Of a DNA stretch of 64,000 nucleotides, positions 19,374 through 28,444 are shown one piece after another. How positions within the stretch are numbered: the stretch's first letter is position 1; every line of letters begins with the position of its first letter. The notes below the pieces were generated by a model. That model saw nothing but the letters and a program-made list of their open reading frames with translations, made no database searches and was not told the DNA's origin. The position numbers were made by a program, and so were the translations under genes. The DNA comes from Flavobacteriales bacterium (lineage in GTDB: Bacteria > Bacteroidota > Bacteroidia > Flavobacteriales_C > CBFIFL01), in contig CBFIFL010000003.1 of assembly GCA_965661855.1 (NCBI GenBank), forward strand, positions 4,614 through 68,613. Reading direction: 5' to 3'.

Positions 19374-20386
19374 TGTCTGATACAGGAATTAATACCTTCT
19401 TCAAAAGAAATAAGCGACCTCAAGAGTCTCCGAAAGAAATAGCTGAGAAGTTATTGGCAGGAGATCGTAGTGCTTTGTCTCGAGCCATAACATTTGTTGA
19501 GTCGAACAAGAAATCGCATCAAAAAGTAGCCGCTGAAATATTGAAAATATGTCTTCCACATTCTGGTAAGTCATTGCGAATAGGAATTACAGGAGTCCCT
19601 GGAGTAGGGAAAAGTACTTTCATCGAAGCTTTTGGATGTAAAGTGGTGAAAGACTATAATAAGAAAGTAGCTGTGTTAGCGGTTGATCCATCTAGTCAAA
19701 AATCAAAAGGAAGTATTCTTGGTGATAAGACAAGAATGGAAGAGTTGGTCACTTTGGAGGATGCATTTGTTAGGCCTTCTCCAGCGGGAGCAACACTTGG
19801 AGGTGTAGCCCAGAAGACCAGAGAAGCAATCTTTTTATGTGAAGCAGCGGGTTATGAAATTATTCTTATTGAAACAGTAGGAGTAGGACAATCTGAAACG
19901 GCGGTTAAGTCAATGGTTGATTACTTTCTGCTACTAATGCTAGCCGGAGCAGGAGATGAACTTCAAGGAATAAAGAGAGGTATCATGGAAATGGCTGATA
20001 CTATAGTGATCACAAAAGCTGATAGTGGAAATGAAAACAATGCCATCAAGGCTAAAGTTTCTTATCAAAATGCGGTTCACTTATTTCCTCCTCATGAAAG
20101 TAACTGGACCACAAAGGTCTTGAGTTCGTCGTCATTAGAAGGAAGAGGTTTAGATAGGATATGGGAAGAAGTTGTAAAATATGAGGACCATGTTACTTCT
20201 AACGGATTCATCGAAGCGAATAGAGAGGAGCAATCATTAAACTGGTTTCATGAAAGTGTAAAATCAGAGTTGATTGGAAAATTCTACGATCGTCCGGAAG
20301 TGATGCAAAAAATAGTGGACTTAGAGAAAGCGATAAAAGAGAAAAGAATATCCTCTTTTGCAGCAGCTCGAGCTCTTTTGGAATAA
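19373..20386 (+). CDS. meaB: Methylmalonyl-CoA mutase-associated G-protein chaperone MeaB/ArgK.
   Basis: P-loop GITGVPGVGKST and a SIMIBI GTPase core. 337 aa. Confidence 0.85.
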   Translation: MSDTGINTFFKRNKRPQESPKEIAEKLLAGDRSALSRAITFVESNKKSHQKVAAEILKICLPHSGKSLRIGITGVPGVGKSTFIEAFGCKVVKDYNKKVAVLAVDPSSQKSKGSILGDKTRMEELVTLEDAFVRPSPAGATLGGVAQKTREAIFLCEAAGYEIILIETVGVGQSETAVKSMVDYFLLLMLAGAGDELQGIKRGIMEMADTIVITKADSGNENNAIKAKVSYQNAVHLFPPHESNWTTKVLSSSSLEGRGLDRIWEEVVKYEDHVTSNGFIEANREEQSLNWFHESVKSELIGKFYDRPEVMQKIVDLEKAIKEKRISSFAAARALLE

Positions 20387-20466
20387 AATTTTCAGGAAAT
20401 TGATAAAAAGCTAGTCAAAATCAGAAACCTCTGAAGGATATCTCCGTTCTAGAAGTTTATAAATTC

Positions 20467-20673
20467 ATGACAATGAAAATCGTTTTAGCCTTAGCATTTG
20501 TCTTAATATCCTTAATTGCTTGTAATAAGTATGGTGAAGATCATCCTTGTTACGATGAGACACTTGTCCATCAAAATGCTTGTACAACCGATTGCGAAGG
20601 TTTCGAAGGGTGTGATGGTATCATTTATTGTAATGAATGTGAAGCTGCCAAACAAGGCATCAGCGCTAAGTAG
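20467..20673 (+). CDS. Small cysteine-rich lipoprotein (68 aa, 10 Cys).
   Basis: Signal plus lipobox ...LISLIAC, then CYDE...CTTDCEGFEGCDGIIYCNEC.... Confidence 0.4.
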   Translation: MTMKIVLALAFVLISLIACNKYGEDHPCYDETLVHQNACTTDCEGFEGCDGIIYCNECEAAKQGISAK

Positions 20674-20677
20674 TCAA

Positions 20678-21841
20678 CTAACGTTTTCTTCTCTCGATTT
20701 CCGATTTAATCAAGGCTAACTCTCTTGGAGTTTGTCCTGCCACAGATGTGTTTTCTTCAGCTCTTCTAATTAAGTATGGCATTACGTCTTTAACTGGGCC
20801 GTAAGGAACGTATTTAGCAACGTTGTATCCTTTATCCGATAGGGTAAACGAGATCTGGTCACTCATTCCATAAAGCTGTGCAAAATAACAAGCGGCTTCG
20901 TTTTTAGATAAACCTTTAGATTCTAATAAATCCATTGCTTTAACCGTGCTTTCCTCGTTATGGGTAGCCACACAAAAAGAAATGGATTCGTGTTGTTCAA
21001 AGCAAAAATCAATTGCAGCATTGAAATCTGAATCTGTGCTAGCTTTGTCTTTTTGAATAGGAGAAGGGTAGCCTTTTTCTTCTGCTCTTTCTCGTTCAAT
21101 TTCCATGTAAGCTCCTCGAACCAGTTTAACTCCCAGGTTAAACTTCTGTTGTTGAGATTGTTGGAATGATTGTTTTAGATAATCTAAACGATCGTGACGA
21201 TACAATTGAATCGTGTTGAATACAATGGCTTTTTCTTTATTGAATTGAGCCATCATTGACATGGTCATTTGGTCAACAGCATCCTGAATCCATGATTTTT
21301 CAGCATCAACAAATAAAGGAATATCATTTTCGAAAGCTTTCTTACAGATAGCTCTGAAACGTTCCATTACTTTCAGGTAGTCTTCTCTTTCTTGATTGCT
21401 TAGCTCAACTTTATCATTGATCTTATGTAATAAGTCGAATTCAGCAATTCCGGTCAGTTTAATAACACAAAAAGGAATGTTGTCATCTGCTTTAGCTATG
21501 TCGATTGTTCTCAGTGTTTCCTCAAAACAATTTTTGAAATCTGCCTCACTCTCTTTTCCTTCAATGGAGTAATCTAGAATGGTTCCGATTTTATATTTCG
21601 ATAATTTATCGATGGTTTTCTGACAGTCTTGTAAGTTTTCTCCTCCACAAAATTGTTTAAATATAGTTTGCTTGAAAAGGAATGATACCGGTAGTTTTAG
21701 AGAGAAAGCTAAGTTTGCCATCTTCCCTCCAAATGAAACTAACTTCGGATTTTCTAGCATTTTAAATAACCAATAAGACTGCTTCAAGTCCTTATTCGAT
21801 TTACTAGCGAAAGCCACAGAAGTATCATTAAAGTATTTCAT
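20678..21841 (-). CDS. Proline dehydrogenase (monofunctional PutA-like PRODH).
   Basis: PRODH TIM-barrel similarity (...IKLTGIA..., ...LVRGAYMEIERERA..., ...ATHNEESTVKAM...). Confidence 0.75.
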   Translation of the reverse strand: MKYFNDTSVAFASKSNKDLKQSYWLFKMLENPKLVSFGGKMANLAFSLKLPVSFLFKQTIFKQFCGGENLQDCQKTIDKLSKYKIGTILDYSIEGKESEADFKNCFEETLRTIDIAKADDNIPFCVIKLTGIAEFDLLHKINDKVELSNQEREDYLKVMERFRAICKKAFENDIPLFVDAEKSWIQDAVDQMTMSMMAQFNKEKAIVFNTIQLYRHDRLDYLKQSFQQSQQQKFNLGVKLVRGAYMEIERERAEEKGYPSPIQKDKASTDSDFNAAIDFCFEQHESISFCVATHNEESTVKAMDLLESKGLSKNEAACYFAQLYGMSDQISFTLSDKGYNVAKYVPYGPVKDVMPYLIRRAEENTSVAGQTPRELALIKSEIERRKR

Positions 21842-21934
21842 TGATCCTATATTAATTAGCTTGACAAAAGTAACGGCTATATCTAATTAATCCAATAACT
21901 TTGAATACGTACAACTAGTAAGTCTATTTCAGTC

Positions 21935-23005
21935 ATGAGTATTTTTCAAGCACAAGATTATCAGATTCACATTGGGGGATCAGAGGTATTAAAAGAATTA
22001 AATGATTTTATACTGGGGCATTATGCTGATCGAAAGAAAATTATTTTAGTAGATGAAAATACAATGGAGCATTGTTATCCATTGTTTATGCAGTCTGTAC
22101 CAAATTTAGAAGATGTTGAGGTTTTGGAGATTCCTTCAGGTGAAGAGAATAAAACAATAGAGATTTGTACGCAATTATGGATGGCTCTGAATGAGTTGGC
22201 TGTTGATAGAAAAGCTGTCTTTATAAACCTTGGAGGAGGAGTGATTGGTGATATGGGAGGTTTTGTAGCTTCTACTTTTAAAAGAGGAATCGATTTCATC
22301 AATGTACCAACAACTTTACTATCTCAAGTAGATGCATCAGTTGGAGGTAAGCTGGGTGTTGATTTAGAAAAAGGGAAAAACTTAGTTGGTTTATTTCAAA
22401 ACCCAAAAGCAGTGTTTATTAATACAGATTTCTTATCTACTTTGGATGCTAGACAAGTGAAGTCAGGATTTGCGGAAGTAATTAAGCATGGACTGATTGC
22501 TGATCTATCTTATTTTCAAAAGTTGAAGTCCACTGAGCCAGGAGATTTAGATTGGAATGAAATTGTTCATACAAGTGTTCGCATAAAAGGAGCTGTTGTT
22601 GCTCAGGATCCGACTGAGCAGGGTTTAAGAAAGAATTTGAATTTCGGTCATACCATTGGTCACGCTGTTGAATCTTATTATTTAGAGAAAGAGAATTTCT
22701 TGTTGCATGGTGAAGCGGTTGTAGTCGGAATGATTGCAGAGGCTTATTTATCCTTTCAATACGGGGAACTGAGAGAAGCTAGTTTGGAAGAAATTATCGC
22801 TTTTTTAAAGACTTACTACGAGTTTCAGAAAGTTGAAGAATCAGGAATTGATTTGATGTTAGATTACATGAAGATGGATAAGAAAAATGAGGAAGGAAGT
22901 ATTCAATATGTTCAATTAAGGTCTATTGGAGAACCTTCGTACGGACATCAAGCTACAAGAGAACAATTGAAAGAAGCTATTCTTTATTATAATTCTTTAG
23001 TGTAA
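21935..23005 (+). CDS. aroB: 3-dehydroquinate synthase.
   Basis: ...NLGGGVIGDMGGFVASTFKRGIDFINVPTTLLSQVDASVGGKLGVD... Confidence 0.85.
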   Translation: MSIFQAQDYQIHIGGSEVLKELNDFILGHYADRKKIILVDENTMEHCYPLFMQSVPNLEDVEVLEIPSGEENKTIEICTQLWMALNELAVDRKAVFINLGGGVIGDMGGFVASTFKRGIDFINVPTTLLSQVDASVGGKLGVDLEKGKNLVGLFQNPKAVFINTDFLSTLDARQVKSGFAEVIKHGLIADLSYFQKLKSTEPGDLDWNEIVHTSVRIKGAVVAQDPTEQGLRKNLNFGHTIGHAVESYYLEKENFLLHGEAVVVGMIAEAYLSFQYGELREASLEEIIAFLKTYYEFQKVEESGIDLMLDYMKMDKKNEEGSIQYVQLRSIGEPSYGHQATREQLKEAILYYNSLV

Positions 23006-24222
23006 TGAAGTATTCTGTTTCTAGAAAATCGAAAACGCTAAAAGGCGAGGTGGTTTTAACTTCATCAAAAAGTTTAGCGAATAGACTATTGCTAGTAAAA
23101 GCTTTGTGCGAGACTGATTTTGAAATTCAGAATCTTGCTAAGGCAAAGGATACACAAACCCTGCAAAGGATTCTTGAAAATACCAGTGAGTCCGTTTGGG
23201 ATGTTGGTCCGGCAGGAACTACTATGCGATTCCTATGCGCTTATGCTTCTTCTCAAGAAGGATTAAGTGTTGAATTATGTGGGACGAAAAGAATGCATGA
23301 AAGACCAATTGGGATTTTGGTGGATGCGCTTAGATCATTAGGTGCTGAAATTAGCTATTTGGAAAAGGAAGGATATCCTCCTCTAAAAATAAACGGAAAG
23401 CAGTTGAATGGAGGGAAGGTTGTTGTTGATGGAAGTGTATCTAGTCAATTTATTTCAGCCTTATTGTTAATCGCTCCTAGTTTAAAAGATGGAATACAAC
23501 TTCAGTTTGAAGGAAAAGTAGCTTCCAAACCTTATATAGAAATGACATTGAAAACCATGGAAGCATATGGCGCTTCATATACATGGGGGGGAGATACAAT
23601 TGCTGTTGATTCAGGGAGTTATATCGAGAAGCCTTCGTACGTAGAAGCCGATTGGAGTGCTGCTTCATACTGGTATGAAATAGCCTCTTTATGTGAAGAG
23701 GTTGATTTTAAGATTGTTGGTCTGACAGAAAACTCATTGCAGTCCGATTCAGCTTGTGTTGCCATTTATAATTCATTTGGAATTGAGAGTGTCTTTGAAG
23801 AAGGTGGAGTTCGATTAATCAAAAATTCTAGCTCGCTTAAAACGTTTAACTACGATTTTACTGCGTGTCCAGATATAGCTCAAACCGTAGCTTGTACTAT
23901 GTTTGCTTTGGGTGTTACAGGTAAGTTGACTGGTTTAGAATCTTTACGAATTAAAGAGACAGATAGAATTGCGGCTCTGAAAGAAGAATTAGAAAAGCTT
24001 GGGGCGAGTATAAAGGTAGAAGGCGATGATTTATTTATTCTTGAAAGTAAGGAGCTTAAATCAGCGTTAATTGATACTTATGAAGACCATCGTATGGCAA
24101 TGGCATATGCACCTTTGGCAATTGTTCAAACATTGGAAATTGATGATCCAGAAGTTGTAGTGAAGTCTTATCCAGAATATTGGAAAGATTTAAAGCAAAA
24201 TGGATTTGAAATTCAGTCTTAG
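23005..24222 (+). CDS. aroA: 3-phosphoshikimate 1-carboxyvinyltransferase (EPSP synthase).
   Basis: ...SSKSLANRLLLVKALCE... and the EPSPS two-domain fold. Translationally coupled to aroB. Confidence 0.85.
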   Translation: MKYSVSRKSKTLKGEVVLTSSKSLANRLLLVKALCETDFEIQNLAKAKDTQTLQRILENTSESVWDVGPAGTTMRFLCAYASSQEGLSVELCGTKRMHERPIGILVDALRSLGAEISYLEKEGYPPLKINGKQLNGGKVVVDGSVSSQFISALLLIAPSLKDGIQLQFEGKVASKPYIEMTLKTMEAYGASYTWGGDTIAVDSGSYIEKPSYVEADWSAASYWYEIASLCEEVDFKIVGLTENSLQSDSACVAIYNSFGIESVFEEGGVRLIKNSSSLKTFNYDFTACPDIAQTVACTMFALGVTGKLTGLESLRIKETDRIAALKEELEKLGASIKVEGDDLFILESKELKSALIDTYEDHRMAMAYAPLAIVQTLEIDDPEVVVKSYPEYWKDLKQNGFEIQS

Positions 24223-24776
24223 TTAACCAGTTTATACTTGTTAAATAAGTCTTCCCAGTTCCAAACAAAGAAAGTAGTGATTTCTTCTAATTCCTTTAAA
24301 ACTATTGGATTTGGTTCGTTGATCTTTTGGAAGTTGTCGTTTTGATATTGAGTCAAGTTTAACTTTTGGAAGATTGCTTTAGCCATTAACTTATTCAAGT
24401 TTCCACTTGGATTTTTAACGCTTAAAATGAATTCCATATAATCGTCAACCTGATCAATTACATCTTCAGTTGTTTTGTCTTCTAATGATTCAGCGAATTC
24501 ATTAATGATTTCTATTCTGATTCTGTCTAATTGATCTTTTTCGAAGTAATCTTCCAGGTATTTCAAGTTTGCTGTGAATACAGTAAATAAGAATCCTTCT
24601 AGGCTTGATTTAGAAGTCAGGTCTGGAGAGAAATTGAAATGAGAATCAGTCTTAACAAAATCTAAAATCTCGTTAAACCCACTGATAGCAACCTCGTTGA
24701 TTGTTCCAACAAATATTTTAGCAATTTCTCTTTCTTTAATTTTCTTTTTTCCAAATAGACCTAACATACCACACAA
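24219..24776 (-). CDS. Hypothetical acidic protein (185 aa).
   Basis: Clean ORF convergent on aroA; no recognisable motif. Confidence 0.35.
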   Translation of the reverse strand: MCGMLGLFGKKKIKEREIAKIFVGTINEVAISGFNEILDFVKTDSHFNFSPDLTSKSSLEGFLFTVFTANLKYLEDYFEKDQLDRIRIEIINEFAESLEDKTTEDVIDQVDDYMEFILSVKNPSGNLNKLMAKAIFQKLNLTQYQNDNFQKINEPNPIVLKELEEITTFFVWNWEDLFNKYKLVN

Positions 24777-24914
24777 TTTACCTTAAATCAAAGATACAGA
24801 CGGACTTGAGATAAGATTCAATGAAGGATTGGAAGTTATTAACGTGGTTTTTTTGATTTCTGTGATCAAAAGCTAAAATACAGGAAAACCTTGATAGACT
24901 TGATGTGAGAAAGT

Positions 24915-24959
24915 TTTCTAAAATAAAAGAGGCTGAACTCATATGAGTCAGCCTCTTTT
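24915..24959 (-). terminator. Rho-independent terminator (minus strand) after the 25105..25452 gene.
   Basis: AGAGGCTGAcTCATATGAgtTCAGCCTCT palindrome followed by ttttatttt on the minus strand. Confidence 0.6.
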
Positions 24960-25104
24960 GAAGGATTGGAACCAATTATAACACACTACCTAATTGGTAA
25001 CTAAATAAGAACGTGTTAGTAAGATATGCGATTAAATCCTTGACTTATGGACTTGTCGATAAGCCGCGCTTATAATCGTTAAGTGAAACTTGTAATCCCT
25101 TTAA

Positions 25105-25452
25105 TTAAAATGCATTTTCTTCCTGATGGTGCAGAGTCCATTCATCAGTTGTCGTTGTCAGTAGCCAAACATCTCCAGATTTACGGAAGATTTGTACTCC
25201 AGCGTTGAATTGATTTTGCATCCACTCTTCAAGGTTTTTAACCTTAGAATTTCCCTGGATGTGATGTTGAGTTTCTGTATCTAAACCGATTACACCCAAT
25301 AAAGTGTTCGCATCAATTTCATCTTTCAACATAGAACCTTCACCAGTTGTGTGGCTATGGTTGAAGAATCTAAACTTCAATGTTGGATAAACAGACATGA
25401 ACTGTGCGTTCAATTCCTTGATTGTATCAGTTGGTTTCAATAATAAATTCAT
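25105..25452 (-). CDS. Hypothetical protein (115 aa), His-rich.
   Basis: Separated by 1 nt from the upstream ORF, so an operon pair. Confidence 0.4.
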   Translation of the reverse strand: MNLLLKPTDTIKELNAQFMSVYPTLKFRFFNHSHTTGEGSMLKDEIDANTLLGVIGLDTETQHHIQGNSKVKNLEEWMQNQFNAGVQIFRKSGDVWLLTTTTDEWTLHHQEENAF

Positions 25453-25453
25453 A

Positions 25454-25846
25454 TTACATGTATTTTCTTAAAAACTTCGTGAAGTCTGTTTTCAATTCGT
25501 TGTAAATTTTTCTTTCCGTTAAGATTTTTTCTTCATGTTCTTCATGTTCTTCGTGAGATTCAAATCTTACTTTGTCGTTGGCAACTGGGTTAGCCAAAAC
25601 AATAGCTTCGAATTTTAATTCATGTTCTTTGATTTCATCAATCAATCCATCAATAACAGAGTTGTGGTGCATGAATGTATTTTGGAAATGTTCTAACTCT
25701 GCTAGCATTTCTTTATTCGTGTATTTAACCACTAATTCTTCTAATCTTCCAGTATAGATTTTTAACTCATCCTTGTAAAAGTCTAATTCGTTTTTCCAAA
25801 GCTTGTGATCTTCGTGAAGCTCTGTCATGTGTAGTATCTCTTTCAT
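25454..25846 (-). CDS. Hypothetical protein with repeated HE motifs (HEEHEEHEE), possibly metal-binding. Start chosen at the Met of MKEILHMTELHED.
   Basis: Clean ORF. The longer N-terminus of the track ORF (to 25915) lacks support. Confidence 0.35.
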   Translation of the reverse strand: MKEILHMTELHEDHKLWKNELDFYKDELKIYTGRLEELVVKYTNKEMLAELEHFQNTFMHHNSVIDGLIDEIKEHELKFEAIVLANPVANDKVRFESHEEHEEHEEKILTERKIYNELKTDFTKFLRKYM

Positions 25847-25982
25847 AGCGTTTGTTTTATTCAAAGGTAGTTGGGAGGGGCAAGAATGGAATTGACTTGA
25901 GTCAGACAAAACCATGATATATCACCATGTTTTTTAACCGACTGATTTAAATTCCCTATCTTATAAATTCAACCTAATACTA

Positions 25983-28301
25983 ATGAAGAATTTACTAACC
26001 ATTTTAAGCGTGTTCTTATGCGCTTCTGTTTTCGCTCAAATCAATACTGAACTTTTAGGATCCTTTTCCTACGAATCATCACTAAGTGATATTTGGGGAT
26101 ATATAGATGAAGATGGAAATGAATATGCTTTGGTAGGAAAAAGGAATGGAGTTTCAGTAGTTGATGTTAGTGACCCAGCTAATCTTGATGAAGTATTTGT
26201 TGTGGATGGACCTAGTTCTATTTGGAGAGATTTGAAAGTGTGGAATGATCATGCTTATGTAACAAATGAAACAGGGAATGGACTTTTGATAATTGATTTA
26301 TCTCCATTACCAACAAGTCATGATTTACCTGTGGTCAGATATACTGATGGAGGTTGGGACAATGCACATAACTTATACATTGATGAAAATGGAATCTGTT
26401 ATATTTTTGGAGCGGATAGAGATAATGGTGGAGTTATAATGTATGACTTAACGCAACATGCTACGGAATTAGTTGAAGTAGGAAAGTTTGAGAATTGGTA
26501 CGTTCATGATGGCATGGCAAGAGGAGACACTTTGTACTTGGGGCATATTAATGACGGAATTTTTTCGATAGTTGATGTGTCAGATAAACAAAATCCAGTT
26601 TTACTAGGGACGAAAGTAACCTCATTCAACTTCACTCATAATGTGTGGGTATCTGATGATGGTGATTATTTGTTTACAACGGATGAGAGAAGTGATGCGT
26701 ATATCGGCGCATATGACATCACGGACTTAAACGATATTGAGGAAGTAGATTTATATCAATCGAGTGAGGGTGGTGTTATACCACATAATGTTCATTATCT
26801 AGACGGTTTTTTGGTTACATCATATTATCGTGATGGATTAGATATTACAGATGTTTCAAGACCGAATAATATCATTAGAGTTGGTTCTTATGATACCGCT
26901 GATGATATGGAAGGGAATGGATTTAACGGAGCTTGGGGTGCTTATCCTTATTTGCCTTCTGGAAACATTTTAGTATCTGATATTGAAAAAGGTTTGTTTG
27001 TCATTGGATTCAATTACGAGAGAGCTTGTTTTTTAGAAGGACGGGTATTCAGAGAAGGAAGCAGTGTTCCTTTAAATCAAATTAACGTCAATGTGGCAGA
27101 TTTTTCTACTCAAACCGATATTTCAGGAGAGTTTTTGACAGGTACACCAAACGCAGGGAATTACGATGTGACTTTTTCAAGACAAGGATATTTACCAAAA
27201 ACCTTAAATCTTGATTTAGTAAATGGAGAGCTAATTGATACCACCGTTTATTTGGAACTGGATACTCGATTTGGAATAACTATCGAAGTAGTTGATCAAG
27301 ATGGAATAGCGCTTTCTGATGTGAATGTCCACCTTTATGCTCAAGTAGATACATTTAATACCGTATCTAATGATTCTGGGTATGCTTTCGTGGATAATGT
27401 ATTTCCTGCGGATTATATTGTCCATACAGGAAAATGGGGATATCAAACTACCTGTGATTCCGTTTATTTTGATGAGCTAGATTCCATGGAGACAGTTACC
27501 ATTGAAGAAAGGTATTATGATGATTTTTCAATGGATTTTTCATGGGAGATTAATAGCACAGCGAGTAAAGGAGCTTTTGTAAGAGAAAAGCCAAATCCTA
27601 CATTTGATGATGGAAGCAGTGTACAGCCTGGTTATGATGCTTACGGTGATTGTTTTGATTTCGCATTTATTACAGGGAACTCCGATACGGAAGAAATTGC
27701 AGAGGATGATATTGACGATGGAATGACAAGTATTTCATCCCCAATAATGGATTTGTCATCAAACACGAATACATTTATTAACTATTACCATTGGCTTTAT
27801 TTAAAAAGCTTTGGTTCTCAAAATCCGAATGATTCTTTAAATGTTTGGGTAACAAATGGAGCGGATAGTGTGATGATTGAATCGTTTGATCATTCTTCAG
27901 CTCAAAGAGATTGGGTTTATTCATCCATACAAATTGATGGTCTGATTGATGTTACAGATGAAATGCGTGTTCACTTCATTGCTGCAGATAACAGTCCTGG
28001 ACACGTTTTCGAGGTAGGAATAGATGTATTTAGCGTTTCAGAGGAGGAGTTACAGAGCACAACAGATAAAGTATCAAGCAAAAATAGAATCCTGCTATAC
28101 CCAAACCCGATGTTAACAGGAGAACAAATGAATTTCAATCGTATACTTTCCAGGGTTGAGGTTTACAACATGACTGGTCAGTTGGTTTTAGAGAATGAAA
28201 ATCAATCTGGTATTTCGACAAAAGGACTTAAATCAGGAATGTATATAGTTAAGCTTATCGACGGAAGTTATGAACAGATCGATAAGGTGATTTTGAAGTA
28301 G
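25983..28301 (+). CDS. Secreted T9SS substrate: N-terminal LVIVD-repeat β-propeller-like region plus a C-terminal T9SS type-A sorting domain.
   Basis: Signal peptide; repeated ...GLLIIDLS / GGVIMYDLT / GIFSIVDVS / GLDITDVS... motifs; C-terminal ...ILLYPNPMLTGEQMNFN...VEVYNMTGQLV...GMYIVKLIDG... CTD. Confidence 0.7.
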   Translation: MKNLLTILSVFLCASVFAQINTELLGSFSYESSLSDIWGYIDEDGNEYALVGKRNGVSVVDVSDPANLDEVFVVDGPSSIWRDLKVWNDHAYVTNETGNGLLIIDLSPLPTSHDLPVVRYTDGGWDNAHNLYIDENGICYIFGADRDNGGVIMYDLTQHATELVEVGKFENWYVHDGMARGDTLYLGHINDGIFSIVDVSDKQNPVLLGTKVTSFNFTHNVWVSDDGDYLFTTDERSDAYIGAYDITDLNDIEEVDLYQSSEGGVIPHNVHYLDGFLVTSYYRDGLDITDVSRPNNIIRVGSYDTADDMEGNGFNGAWGAYPYLPSGNILVSDIEKGLFVIGFNYERACFLEGRVFREGSSVPLNQINVNVADFSTQTDISGEFLTGTPNAGNYDVTFSRQGYLPKTLNLDLVNGELIDTTVYLELDTRFGITIEVVDQDGIALSDVNVHLYAQVDTFNTVSNDSGYAFVDNVFPADYIVHTGKWGYQTTCDSVYFDELDSMETVTIEERYYDDFSMDFSWEINSTASKGAFVREKPNPTFDDGSSVQPGYDAYGDCFDFAFITGNSDTEEIAEDDIDDGMTSISSPIMDLSSNTNTFINYYHWLYLKSFGSQNPNDSLNVWVTNGADSVMIESFDHSSAQRDWVYSSIQIDGLIDVTDEMRVHFIAADNSPGHVFEVGIDVFSVSEEELQSTTDKVSSKNRILLYPNPMLTGEQMNFNRILSRVEVYNMTGQLVLENENQSGISTKGLKSGMYIVKLIDGSYEQIDKVILK

Positions 28302-28382
28302 AACTTTAAGAATAACAACTTCTTATCGATTTTCACATGCATTCGCTAAGAATGCGCTGTTGATATCTACTTCATTCAAAAA

Positions 28383-28406
28383 GTACATAAGCTAGATATA
28401 TGTACT
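28383..28406. promoter_or_regulatory. Inverted repeat (AGTACATA-N9-TATGTACT) about 40 nt upstream of the TPR gene, a possible operator.
   Basis: 8-bp perfect arms, seen directly in the sequence. Confidence 0.25.
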
Positions 28407-28444
28407 AAATTGAATTAAATAGAACATTAATACGTTCAAGTATT

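Noticed and set aside
24778-24975. 65-aa ORF between 24776 and 25105.
   Set aside because: It overlaps the terminator hairpin at 24915-24959 and has no conserved features, so it is treated as intergenic.
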